Positions 30,623-39,374 of a DNA stretch of 64,000 bases are shown piece by piece (positions within the stretch are counted from its first letter, which is position 1; the number at the start of each line of letters is the position of its first letter). The notes beneath the pieces were generated by a model that worked only from the letters and a program-made list of their open reading frames with translations, did not search any database and was not told where the DNA came from. Position numbers and translations under genes: made by a program. Source of the stretch: Patescibacteria group bacterium (GTDB lineage Bacteria > Patescibacteriota > Microgenomatia > UBA1400 > PJMF01). The stretch lies in NCBI GenBank assembly GCA_018830045.1, contig JAHJTF010000020.1, positions 4,667-68,666 on the forward strand. The letters run 5' to 3'.

Positions 30623-33280
30623 ATGACAGAGAATAATGACACCATGAGTTTAAAAGACATGGGATTTACTGCAAGCGGAAAACTATCAGAAGGCCAAGGT
30701 CTTATTGGAGTAAGACAATTAGCAAAATCAATAGAAAAAGGAGATTTGGGTAGACTTGATGAAAGCGAGTATCGGGGTGGAGCTGGATTTGTCGATAATA
30801 TGTTGCGCATGACAAAGGCATTAATTGGTCGAGATACAGTTAGCCAGGAGGTGCGCGAATTCATTGGCTGGATCAGAAAAGATGGCGCTGAAGATTATAA
30901 GGCAAGGACCGAGGCCTTTTTGGAGTTGAATGGTCAGGAGCAAATTGAACGTATGGCTGGTGGAGATGAAAACATTAAAGGAGCTCTAGAAACTCTTTTT
31001 GCAACTCATCAGCGTGGACAAAGTGGAGATTTGGCTAATTTTAAAGATCTATTAGGAGATGTATGGCAAAAAGTTGAAGAGTGGAGACAAGGTCAATACG
31101 AAACAGATAGAGAGATGATTGATGAATATATGAAAGGTGCAGAAACTGCCAAAACTGAAACATTTCATTCTCTATGGGAAATGTGGGATCTGCAGGAGAA
31201 GAAAGATTTGGCTAATCGAACAGGCAATTATATTAGGAGCAGCGATCACAATAGAGTAATCAGCCCTGCTGGAGAGCATGGATCAAGGAGAAAGGCGTTA
31301 GAGGGCGGGAAAATACGCAGGGCTTGGGCATTAGTGAAAGGATTGCCTAGAGAATTAGGTGAACGAGGTAATGCCTTGGCAAGGGTTGAGGGTGTATCCG
31401 AAGCACGTAATTTAGCAATCCAAGGTGGGTTAAGTGAACTAAAACACGATGCGCTGAATCGAACACAAGATGGGAGTCTTGAGAGAGCTGAGATGTATGT
31501 ACGCGGAGTTATTACTAGAGATGAGCTCGGAACAGAGCCTCGTCACTGGAGCAGAACTTTAGATGATTTGACTACCAGGGAAGAAGAGCGTGTTAGTAGT
31601 GGTGGTAAAAAAAATACGCGTTATCTCAGGCGTATTGCAAAAATGCGAGCAGGCGGCGAAGTTAGGGGAGCAAACAATGGTGGAAAAATAGCATATTACG
31701 AAACGTTGTATACAAATATGGAGGCTAGCGCACATGCCACATACGATAGTAAAAAAGCAGAGTGGAGTAAGTACGCACTAAAGCCAGAAGGCGGATTTGC
31801 CGCTGGTTTAATGCCCGCACCACTCACTGAAGCGGCGATGAAACTATCCGCCTTGGGAATAGATGGGACATTAAAAATAGTAAAAGGTGTAGATGGCACT
31901 ATTGGATTGGCAATCGAATCGATGGATGGAGTAATGGCTGATTGGTCTCTTGGACGAATTGCTGAAGCTTGCGTGGGAAGAGAACTTGCTGGAGAAACAC
32001 ACCAAAACTCTAGAACCAGAGAAACAGCTCGAGCCTTGCGAGGTGCCGAAGCAGTTTGGCAAAGATCAGCCATGCTCGCTGGACGCACTGCAGACACTCT
32101 CGAATTTTCTCGTACCTCACCCGCCATATTGCACGTTCCTGGTGCTTTGATGATAGAAGGCGCAGACCTAGTATTAGGCGGAGTAAGTGTGGGAGAGAAA
32201 TCTGGACAAATCATGGAGTCACTAACCGCTAGAAATGAAAGATTATTAAGCGCACAAGCCTTAATGGTCCAAGAACGAAGCAACGTGAGGGGCAACGAGT
32301 ATCAAGACGCAAGAGACATGGTGGATCAAGAGATAAATGAAATTTTTGCAGACTTACCCGAACAGTTTGAAAATTGGGAAGCAATGAATGAGTGGAAAAA
32401 TAAAAAAGCTTTGGCTTTTGCTAAATTTGGCGGTTTAGCCATTCGACAGCGAATGTTGGATGCTATTGGGAAAATTACTGATCCAGACCAAATGCAGAGT
32501 GAGTGGGGGAAAATCTTGAATGCAGGGAGTGCGAGACGTACAAAATTAGAAGTGCTTGGTTTAGAAAGCCATGATGGCAGAAGAATCAACCGCACTGAAA
32601 GACAAGTCCCACTCTTAGATCAAATTATCATTGCGAAGAAGCGCATGGCTGAAGGAGATGAGGGGTTAGCATCACAAGAAATAGGTACTTCCACAGGCTA
32701 TGATAGCGTTCTCGAACATGCTACTTTAACGGAATTAACCCAAGCCCAAAAGAGGTGGTTGGAAATCCAAAAAAAGCGTATGGACAGAAGAAGTAAGTTA
32801 GATTCCATGTGGGAAAGCTTGCCGAAGGCGGCAGGCGCTACTGCTGGAGCATTTGCAGGCATGTTTGCCTTCCAGTTTTTAGGGAACCATTTTCATGAAG
32901 TTGTAGCTAAGCTGGGTATAGATTTGGGAGATGCCAACGAACAATTGCGGTATGCTCAAGAAGCCTTAAAAGCTGCTGGCGATCCTGCTAATTTTATTAG
33001 CCCAGAATTTGCGCCAACTCATCAGAGTTGGGCAGAAGCTGCAGGACAAGGTCAGGTTGGAGCTATACAAAACCAAGCAGTGGAGCTAGGCAAACAAATA
33101 TTGAAAGGCAAAGTGAGTGAAGTTATTTCACATGGGATGTCTATATTTTCTGGTTTAATTACACTGGCATCAACTGGTTTTGCAGGCATGAGACTAATGG
33201 GCGGGGCGGCTACACCATTTATTGGCGGCGGGGTTGCCAGAATGACTGGATTTGTCGAAGAACAACCAAAGATACAATAA
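30623..33280 (+). CDS. Large charged helical protein with C-terminal glycine-zipper hydrophobic segments (candidate membrane-active toxin/effector); no known family recognised
   Basis: 885 aa. It has no N-terminal signal peptide and is rich in E/R/K/A/G. The extreme C-terminus carries GxxxGxxxG-type segments (AAGATAGAFAGMFAFQFLG; GMSIFSGLITLASTGFAGMRLMGGAATPFIGGGVARMTGF). Its GC content is visibly higher than that of neighbouring genes. Confidence 0.5.
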   Translation: MTENNDTMSLKDMGFTASGKLSEGQGLIGVRQLAKSIEKGDLGRLDESEYRGGAGFVDNMLRMTKALIGRDTVSQEVREFIGWIRKDGAEDYKARTEAFLELNGQEQIERMAGGDENIKGALETLFATHQRGQSGDLANFKDLLGDVWQKVEEWRQGQYETDREMIDEYMKGAETAKTETFHSLWEMWDLQEKKDLANRTGNYIRSSDHNRVISPAGEHGSRRKALEGGKIRRAWALVKGLPRELGERGNALARVEGVSEARNLAIQGGLSELKHDALNRTQDGSLERAEMYVRGVITRDELGTEPRHWSRTLDDLTTREEERVSSGGKKNTRYLRRIAKMRAGGEVRGANNGGKIAYYETLYTNMEASAHATYDSKKAEWSKYALKPEGGFAAGLMPAPLTEAAMKLSALGIDGTLKIVKGVDGTIGLAIESMDGVMADWSLGRIAEACVGRELAGETHQNSRTRETARALRGAEAVWQRSAMLAGRTADTLEFSRTSPAILHVPGALMIEGADLVLGGVSVGEKSGQIMESLTARNERLLSAQALMVQERSNVRGNEYQDARDMVDQEINEIFADLPEQFENWEAMNEWKNKKALAFAKFGGLAIRQRMLDAIGKITDPDQMQSEWGKILNAGSARRTKLEVLGLESHDGRRINRTERQVPLLDQIIIAKKRMAEGDEGLASQEIGTSTGYDSVLEHATLTELTQAQKRWLEIQKKRMDRRSKLDSMWESLPKAAGATAGAFAGMFAFQFLGNHFHEVVAKLGIDLGDANEQLRYAQEALKAAGDPANFISPEFAPTHQSWAEAAGQGQVGAIQNQAVELGKQILKGKVSEVISHGMSIFSGLITLASTGFAGMRLMGGAATPFIGGGVARMTGFVEEQPKIQ

Positions 33281-33290
33281 AAGGAGAACT

Positions 33291-33659
33291 ATGACCAATA
33301 AATCAGATTTTTTAGATGCCTTACGATTACTCGTAGGACGCGCTGAGCTAGAAGATAGTGAAAGGGAACGAATGTTAGCTTTATTAACAGAAGGCCAGTT
33401 TGGTACGATAGAGCTTGATGAGTTAAACAAAATTGCAAGCATTGTTGAATCAGAAAAAGCCAATCTTGAAAGAGAGATTCTAGAGTCAAGTGACCCAGAT
33501 TTGATTAACGAAATGAGCGATACTGTAGAGGCACTTGAGCAAATAGAATATGACTCCGCCACCAAAACTTTTGAAGAATTAAGCGCTAGCGATAATTTAA
33601 ATAGTGCAAAAAATATATCTGGTCAATCACTGCTTGATAAATTTGCTGGCATCCAGTAA
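33291..33659 (+). CDS. Small highly acidic protein (candidate immunity/chaperone partner)
   Basis: Start at MTNKSDFLDAL, preceded by an AAGGAG RBS 10 bp after the large ORF's stop. 123 aa with a very high D/E content. Confidence 0.45.
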   Translation: MTNKSDFLDALRLLVGRAELEDSERERMLALLTEGQFGTIELDELNKIASIVESEKANLEREILESSDPDLINEMSDTVEALEQIEYDSATKTFEELSASDNLNSAKNISGQSLLDKFAGIQ

Positions 33660-33670
33660 AACGCATCTTA

Positions 33671-34123
33671 CTACCACCGCCCCTTCATTTCCCGCGCCGT
33701 GTCCCGCGCCTGAGCTTTTTTCTTTAAATCTTGTCTTTTATCGTGCTGTTTCTTGCCACGCGCCACAGCAAATTCCAACTTAATATTTCTATCTTTTAGC
33801 ACAAACGCCAACGGAATCAACGCCCGACCTTTTTGCGTGCTCAGTTCTTCTATTTCTGCCAATTCTTTTTTATGCAGTAATAATTTGCGCGTTCTTTTAG
33901 GATCATAATCGTGGTTATCGGCAAATTTATAGGGAGTAATTTGAGCATTTAATAAATAGGCTTCACCACTTAATAACTTGACATAACTCCCAAAAAAACT
34001 CCCACTGCCAGCTCGCAAGCTCTTCACTTCTGCTCCAATCAAGACAATCCCAGCTTCAAACTTTTTGAAGATTTCATACTCATAAGTAGCGCGGCGGTTT
34101 TTTAACAATAATTTACCCGACAT
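33671..34123 (-). CDS. smpB: SsrA-binding protein SmpB
   Basis: 150 aa (…KSLRAGSGSF…LLLHKKELAEIE…IPLAFVLKDRNIKLEFAVARGKKQHDKR…). Confidence 0.85.
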   Translation of the reverse strand: MSGKLLLKNRRATYEYEIFKKFEAGIVLIGAEVKSLRAGSGSFFGSYVKLLSGEAYLLNAQITPYKFADNHDYDPKRTRKLLLHKKELAEIEELSTQKGRALIPLAFVLKDRNIKLEFAVARGKKQHDKRQDLKKKAQARDTAREMKGRW

Positions 34124-34177
34124 GTTCTTATTGTATCAGGCCCTCCCAGTATAAGTGGCAAGACAAATATAGAAAAA

Positions 34178-36322
34178 CTAGATACTCATGGCATACACAA
34201 TCGAACCACTCACCGCAAAAACTTTTTTCAGTTCCTCACTCACAAACAGGGTGGTTGTTGAAGCTAACGAATCACTTTTAATCTCTTTTAAAAATTCACC
34301 TTTTTTTGTCAGTATCACTAGTCTTTTTCCAGCTGGCTCCAAAAGATATAAATTCTCTAGATCTTCGCTGGTTGTAATTTGCAGATTTTGTGAAAAAGGC
34401 TCAGCCAACCCAACAATCTTGAACTCTTGCTCCCGGCCAGAAGCTAGTTTATGCAGTCCGCCTTCACGAGTGGTCACCCAAACATCACCATCAATAGCCC
34501 AGGAAGAAGCTTGATGATAATCAAAACTAACCGCCCCACTCATCCAGCCAATAGGATCAGAATAACCTTTTTCTTGTTTAGCATAACGATAGATATTTCT
34601 CTTTTCAGGATTAAGCACATAGATATAAGTAGCAAAACTTTCTAGCAAAATCGCAGTCTTATTAGAATCTCCCTCGGCAATAATTGCAGACAGAACACTA
34701 TTCTCATTCCCTAAATCCTTTTGAAAAATTCCTTGACCCAAAACAGTGAGAGTTTGATCAGTTATTTTTAAATCTATTAAGCGTTTCGCTATAGACAGAT
34801 CAATTGCACTAACCTGCTTTTTCTCTAGATCTAAAACAATGGCTTGTTTTCTATCAGCATCTAATAACACCACCTGTTTGCTAGTTGCATCGACACTACT
34901 TGCCACAAACTCGCCGTCAACTAATCTTAAATCATAAAAAATTTCCAGTTGGCCAAACTCTTCTTGCCCTGAAATCTGATCAAACAACTCGCGGGCGGTT
35001 GTAAGCTGATCACTCACGAGTGTCTTGGCTTGTTTTTGATCTTTAAAATCTTGTTCTAGCTGTATAAGTTGGATAATTGCTTGACTCACAGTTTCTCTAG
35101 CTAAAATTGGATCTGTAGTAACCTGATTTTTGGCTAAGACTATTTGCGCAGTAATCGGAGTTAAAACGGCATTGGCGGCTTTGACTTGTTTCCTGATTTT
35201 CAAAGTCATAAAGCCAATCAAACTCACCATAACAATAATTCCTGCCACAATTGGTAAAACTACTCTGATGAGATGACGTGGGGATTGAGGTTTGAGATAA
35301 ATATCTTTAGCAATTAGTCTTCGCACTAACACTACCGTTGCTTGGGCAGTCTTAATCATTAAATTTTTAAGTCTAGATAATATTTGCACCAATTTAATTA
35401 AAAACTGCTGCCAGTGGATACTTTTCACCAAAAAAGCTATTTTCCCAGACAAACTATTGATTTTTTGCCATACTTTACAAAATACAATCAGCGCCGGATA
35501 AGGGGGCTTTATTTGACCAAGTTTAGATAAATCTTGCTCTGATAGCGATAGGGGTGCAGTATTTTGAGTGTGAAGAATAGATCCATCGGCATTACGATTC
35601 TTACCCGCCCCTCTTAAACGTAGGGCTGGAGGAATATCTAGGAGTTGTTCCTCTTTAACGCCTACCTCTACCTCCTTTATTTCCTCTACCTCCTTTATTT
35701 TCTCTACCTCCTCCACCACCCCTATCTCATCGGGTACTATCTCAATATCTTCTTTAAACTCTCGCCCGCCTGTGACAAAAGCAATACTAGATAAAGAAGA
35801 GTCGTCTAAACCATGCAAGCCCGGAATAATTGAGGTCACCACGCTGTCAGTATCAAAACCACTGATAAATTTTTGCTCGATTTCATTTAAAAAATCGCTC
35901 GCTTGAGCTGTAGCTAAAACTACTATGTCCCCGGCTTTGCGCTTCCCTTCAATAATTTTTAGATCGTCAAGAGAGCTTAATAATATACCTGTTCTATTAC
36001 TACGTTTTAAAAATACACTCCCACCCGACACACCCAAAATAATTCGGTTTGCTTTGAAAACCCCGCAGACTAACGTGAGGGTGACATCAAACTGCTCTAT
36101 CTCTTTAATCAACCCAGCCATGAATTTGTGGAGCTCCTGTGAAGACCTGGCTTGAGCTTGTGAAATTTGTTCAGTTAAATCTCGGCCGACGTTGCCAGCA
36201 TGATCACCAGAAATAGAAAAAGCGCACACTAACTGACCAGAAGAATGATAGCTTGAAGCCACCTGAGACCAACCACTAAATTGTGGTAAGCCTACGACGG
36301 GAGTAACGTCGACTTTATACAT
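34178..36322 (-). CDS. Large hypothetical membrane protein (N-terminal globular domain, EV/KE repeat linker, single TM, C-terminal beta-rich domain)
   Basis: 714 aa with a VEEVEKIKEVEEIKEVEV repeat and a TM segment (VVLPIVAGIIVMVSLIGFMTL). Confidence 0.4.
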   Translation of the reverse strand: MYKVDVTPVVGLPQFSGWSQVASSYHSSGQLVCAFSISGDHAGNVGRDLTEQISQAQARSSQELHKFMAGLIKEIEQFDVTLTLVCGVFKANRIILGVSGGSVFLKRSNRTGILLSSLDDLKIIEGKRKAGDIVVLATAQASDFLNEIEQKFISGFDTDSVVTSIIPGLHGLDDSSLSSIAFVTGGREFKEDIEIVPDEIGVVEEVEKIKEVEEIKEVEVGVKEEQLLDIPPALRLRGAGKNRNADGSILHTQNTAPLSLSEQDLSKLGQIKPPYPALIVFCKVWQKINSLSGKIAFLVKSIHWQQFLIKLVQILSRLKNLMIKTAQATVVLVRRLIAKDIYLKPQSPRHLIRVVLPIVAGIIVMVSLIGFMTLKIRKQVKAANAVLTPITAQIVLAKNQVTTDPILARETVSQAIIQLIQLEQDFKDQKQAKTLVSDQLTTARELFDQISGQEEFGQLEIFYDLRLVDGEFVASSVDATSKQVVLLDADRKQAIVLDLEKKQVSAIDLSIAKRLIDLKITDQTLTVLGQGIFQKDLGNENSVLSAIIAEGDSNKTAILLESFATYIYVLNPEKRNIYRYAKQEKGYSDPIGWMSGAVSFDYHQASSWAIDGDVWVTTREGGLHKLASGREQEFKIVGLAEPFSQNLQITTSEDLENLYLLEPAGKRLVILTKKGEFLKEIKSDSLASTTTLFVSEELKKVFAVSGSIVYAMSI

Positions 36323-36345
36323 TGACCTTATTTTATCATACTAGA

Positions 36346-36564
36346 TCAAAGACTAACGACAAAAAATAACAAGACTAAAATAGCCAAACCAAAGTGAACA
36401 AAACCAATTATTCTCAGATGTTTAGAAAATGAAGTCACTAGAGATTTTTGCATAGAATAGATTTGTTTAATCACCACCGCTGAAAACACTAGATATAGTA
36501 CTCCGGCTACGACAAAGAGCAGTTTGAGAAAGCTAAAAAATAGTTCAGTTAAATCTGCTGGCAT
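36346..36564 (-). CDS. Small membrane protein
   Basis: 72-aa ORF with two hydrophobic helices. Confidence 0.3.
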   Translation of the reverse strand: MPADLTELFFSFLKLLFVVAGVLYLVFSAVVIKQIYSMQKSLVTSFSKHLRIIGFVHFGLAILVLLFFVVSL

Positions 36565-37256
36565 TATTTAACTCTTCCTTCTAGTTTTTCACGTTCTTCT
36601 TCTACTAACATTTCATTCAAAAATTGAGTGACTTTAGTTGGGTATGGGACATCTTCAAACTCAAACTCTGTCCGTTCAGCCGCAGTTTGAATTTGGACTG
36701 TGCCAAAATCAAATAAAGATTGGATCACTCCACTATTCACAGCCGTAATATCTTCGATTTTATCTAGTTTGGCCGCAGAAAAATTGCGATAAATCAAAGA
36801 CAAAAAATCAATATCAATAATCCGCTCGTCTGTGACGATGTAAACGTTGTAAAACCAAGTCAAAAATGACTCAAGAGCATAGCCTGCGGTAATTAAATAC
36901 CAAAAGAGTTTAATAGCGGTTTGAAAATTCCATGCCAGTGCTCCATAAAAATCAACATATGAAAAAAACATGGGCATGATCAGCAGTGCAATGGAGATTA
37001 AAACTTTTCCTACCTGCGTGATGGGGTGCTTTCTTAGCAGTAGCAATACGCACTCATCATCAAGTTGTGAGTCAAAAGAATACACCATTAAGGGCTTGGG
37101 AGCATAAGAATCAAAAGGATTTCTAGAGGATTCCTCACGCCGCATGACTTCTGAGTAGTGATCAACTGCCTCTAGTGGTGAAAGTCTTTTTTTAACAAAA
37201 TCTCTAACTTTATCTTTGTAGACTTTATCTTTGGAAGCGTCAAATATATCAGGCAT
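36564..37256 (-). CDS. Bacterial PH-domain (bPH_2, YdbS/YdbT-like) membrane protein
   Basis: TM hairpin followed by IVTDERIIDIDF…AAKLDKIEDI…, which resembles bPH_2. Confidence 0.4.
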   Translation of the reverse strand: MPDIFDASKDKVYKDKVRDFVKKRLSPLEAVDHYSEVMRREESSRNPFDSYAPKPLMVYSFDSQLDDECVLLLLRKHPITQVGKVLISIALLIMPMFFSYVDFYGALAWNFQTAIKLFWYLITAGYALESFLTWFYNVYIVTDERIIDIDFLSLIYRNFSAAKLDKIEDITAVNSGVIQSLFDFGTVQIQTAAERTEFEFEDVPYPTKVTQFLNEMLVEEEREKLEGRVK

Positions 37257-37276
37257 GTATTAACTATTATACCAAA

Positions 37277-39052
37277 CTAATCCTGCTCTAAAACGGCCAG
37301 AAAGGCTTCTTGGTTTAGCTCCACACTTCCCACCTGTTTCATGCGTTTTTTACCCTTAGCTTGTTTTTTAAGTAACTTCATCCTGCGAGTTCTGTCCCCA
37401 CCATAAAGTTTAGCTGTCACATCTTTACGATAGGCTTTAATAGTTTCTCTGGCGATAACTTTCCCACCGATCGCAGCTTGAATTGGAATTTCAAATAATT
37501 GACGCGGGATAACTTCTTTCAGCTTGGCAACTAGTTTCCGACCACGTTGCTCTGCTTGAGCACGGACTGTCACAAACCCCAACGCTTCCACTGATTCACG
37601 ACTAATTAAGACATCAACCTTGACCGCATCGATTGTTTGATAACTTGTCACCTCATACTCCAATGAAGCATAACCCGACGTTAATGATTTGAGTTTATCG
37701 TGAAGATCAATAATCACTTCAGCTAAAGGAATTTCAAACTCCAATCTAGTTCTGACTCCCATGGGATGACTATTGGTGAGCCGACCGCGTTTATCTTTCA
37801 CAAATTGAATAATGGCACTTAGATATTGATCTGGAGCGTAAATTATCGCTGTTGTCACTGGCTCGGCAATTTTTTTGATTAAACTCTGGTCAGGCATCTC
37901 AGAAGGCGAATGAATTTTCATCACCCGGCCATTGGTTTGAGTAATTTCATAAATTACTGAAGGAGCAGTGGCGATTAAATCTAGATCAAACTCTCGCTCT
38001 AAGCGTTCTCTAATAATCTCACCGTGCAAAATACCCAAAAAACCCACACGCAGACCATTGCCCAAAGCCTGTGAGTGAGTTCCCTGATACTGCAAGGATG
38101 AGTCATGTAGTGCCAACTTATCCATACTGTCTTTCAAAGCAGTAAAATCATCAGCATCAACCGGATATAGCTCCATGTATACCATTGGGGTTGGTTCTTG
38201 ATATCCAGGCAAAGGTTGAACATCTTTCTTATGATCAGCTTCAACGACCGTATCGCCAACTCTGACTTTTTTGATATCTTTTAAGCCTGTAGCTAAGTAA
38301 CCGACTTCTCCGGCCATGAGTTGCTGGCGAGGTCGCATCTGGGGTGAAAAAATTCCGATTTCAATCGGGGTGAAGTTGGCTGTAGTAGATAATAACTGCA
38401 ATTTTTGTTTGGCTAAAACTCCATCAACCACTCGCACATAAGCCACTACCCCCTTGTGAAAATCATACTTAGAGGTCATTACCAAAGCCCGCAAAGAATC
38501 ACTTGGATTACCTGTGGGGGGAGGAATTCTATCAATAATAGCCTGGAGCAGTTGATCTACGTTTTGACTAGTTTTAGCAGAAACAGTTAAAATTTCCTCT
38601 TCTGTAAAACCCAAGCTTTCCATCACCTCTAGTTTGACTGTTTCTAAATCAATATTGGGGAGATCAATCTTATTTAAAACTGGAATGATGGTCAGACCCA
38701 GACGTTTAGCTTTTTCAAAGTTGGATAAAGTTTGGGCTTGAACACCCTGAGAGGCATCAATGAGTAGTACCGCTCCTTCACCAGCCGCCAGAGACCGACT
38801 GACTTCGTAACCAAAATCGACATGCCCAGGAGTATCAATTAAATTAAGCGTATAGCCATGATAATCCATGCGCACTAGGGCTAATTTAATAGTAATTCCA
38901 CGCTCTTGCTCGATTGGGTTACTATCTAGCATACGTTCTGTGAGATCCCGCGCAGATACAGTATTAGTTATGAGTAAAAGCGCATCGGTTAAAGTAGTTT
39001 TACCGTGATCAATATGAGCAATGATAGAAAAGTTGCGGATTTTTACTGCCAC
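37277..39052 (-). CDS. lepA: Elongation factor 4 (LepA)
   Basis: NFSIIAHIDHGKTTLTD, DTPGHVDF and the LepA-specific C-terminal domain. Confidence 0.95.
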   Translation of the reverse strand: MAVKIRNFSIIAHIDHGKTTLTDALLLITNTVSARDLTERMLDSNPIEQERGITIKLALVRMDYHGYTLNLIDTPGHVDFGYEVSRSLAAGEGAVLLIDASQGVQAQTLSNFEKAKRLGLTIIPVLNKIDLPNIDLETVKLEVMESLGFTEEEILTVSAKTSQNVDQLLQAIIDRIPPPTGNPSDSLRALVMTSKYDFHKGVVAYVRVVDGVLAKQKLQLLSTTANFTPIEIGIFSPQMRPRQQLMAGEVGYLATGLKDIKKVRVGDTVVEADHKKDVQPLPGYQEPTPMVYMELYPVDADDFTALKDSMDKLALHDSSLQYQGTHSQALGNGLRVGFLGILHGEIIRERLEREFDLDLIATAPSVIYEITQTNGRVMKIHSPSEMPDQSLIKKIAEPVTTAIIYAPDQYLSAIIQFVKDKRGRLTNSHPMGVRTRLEFEIPLAEVIIDLHDKLKSLTSGYASLEYEVTSYQTIDAVKVDVLISRESVEALGFVTVRAQAEQRGRKLVAKLKEVIPRQLFEIPIQAAIGGKVIARETIKAYRKDVTAKLYGGDRTRRMKLLKKQAKGKKRMKQVGSVELNQEAFLAVLEQD

Positions 39053-39057
39053 AGAGC

Positions 39058-39291
39058 TTATTTTAACAGCTTAGTCAGCTGTGATTTCAACCGAGCCGCT
39101 TTATTGGCATGAAAAATATTTCTTTTGACTGCGCGGTCAATAGCTGTTTGGGCTGTATTTAAATTGTCTTGAGTTGATTCAAGACGCATTTTTTTCATCG
39201 CCGTCACCGCCGTCGATTTAACTTGCCGATTGTAATTGGCTTTACGCAAACTTGCTCGAAGAGCCTTTTTCGCATGTGGTAATAATGGCAT
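39058..39291 (-). CDS. rpsT: 30S ribosomal protein S20
   Basis: 77-aa basic protein (HAKKALRASLRKANYNRQVKS…). Confidence 0.85.
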   Translation of the reverse strand: MPLLPHAKKALRASLRKANYNRQVKSTAVTAMKKMRLESTQDNLNTAQTAIDRAVKRNIFHANKAARLKSQLTKLLK

Positions 39292-39374
39292 AGGGTGTGA
39301 TTGTATCTCAAGAAAGGCTGGTTTTCAACATTTAGTCCTGCAGCTATAGCCAACCCCCTCTATAATAATAGCCA

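Noticed and set aside
31696-32295. 199-aa minus-strand ORF
   Set aside because: It is antisense inside the 885-aa ORF. The GC-rich region yields long spurious frames.
33660-34180. tmRNA (ssrA) expected near smpB
   Set aside because: The intergenic gaps flanking smpB are only about 10-55 bp, far too small for a ~350-nt tmRNA.
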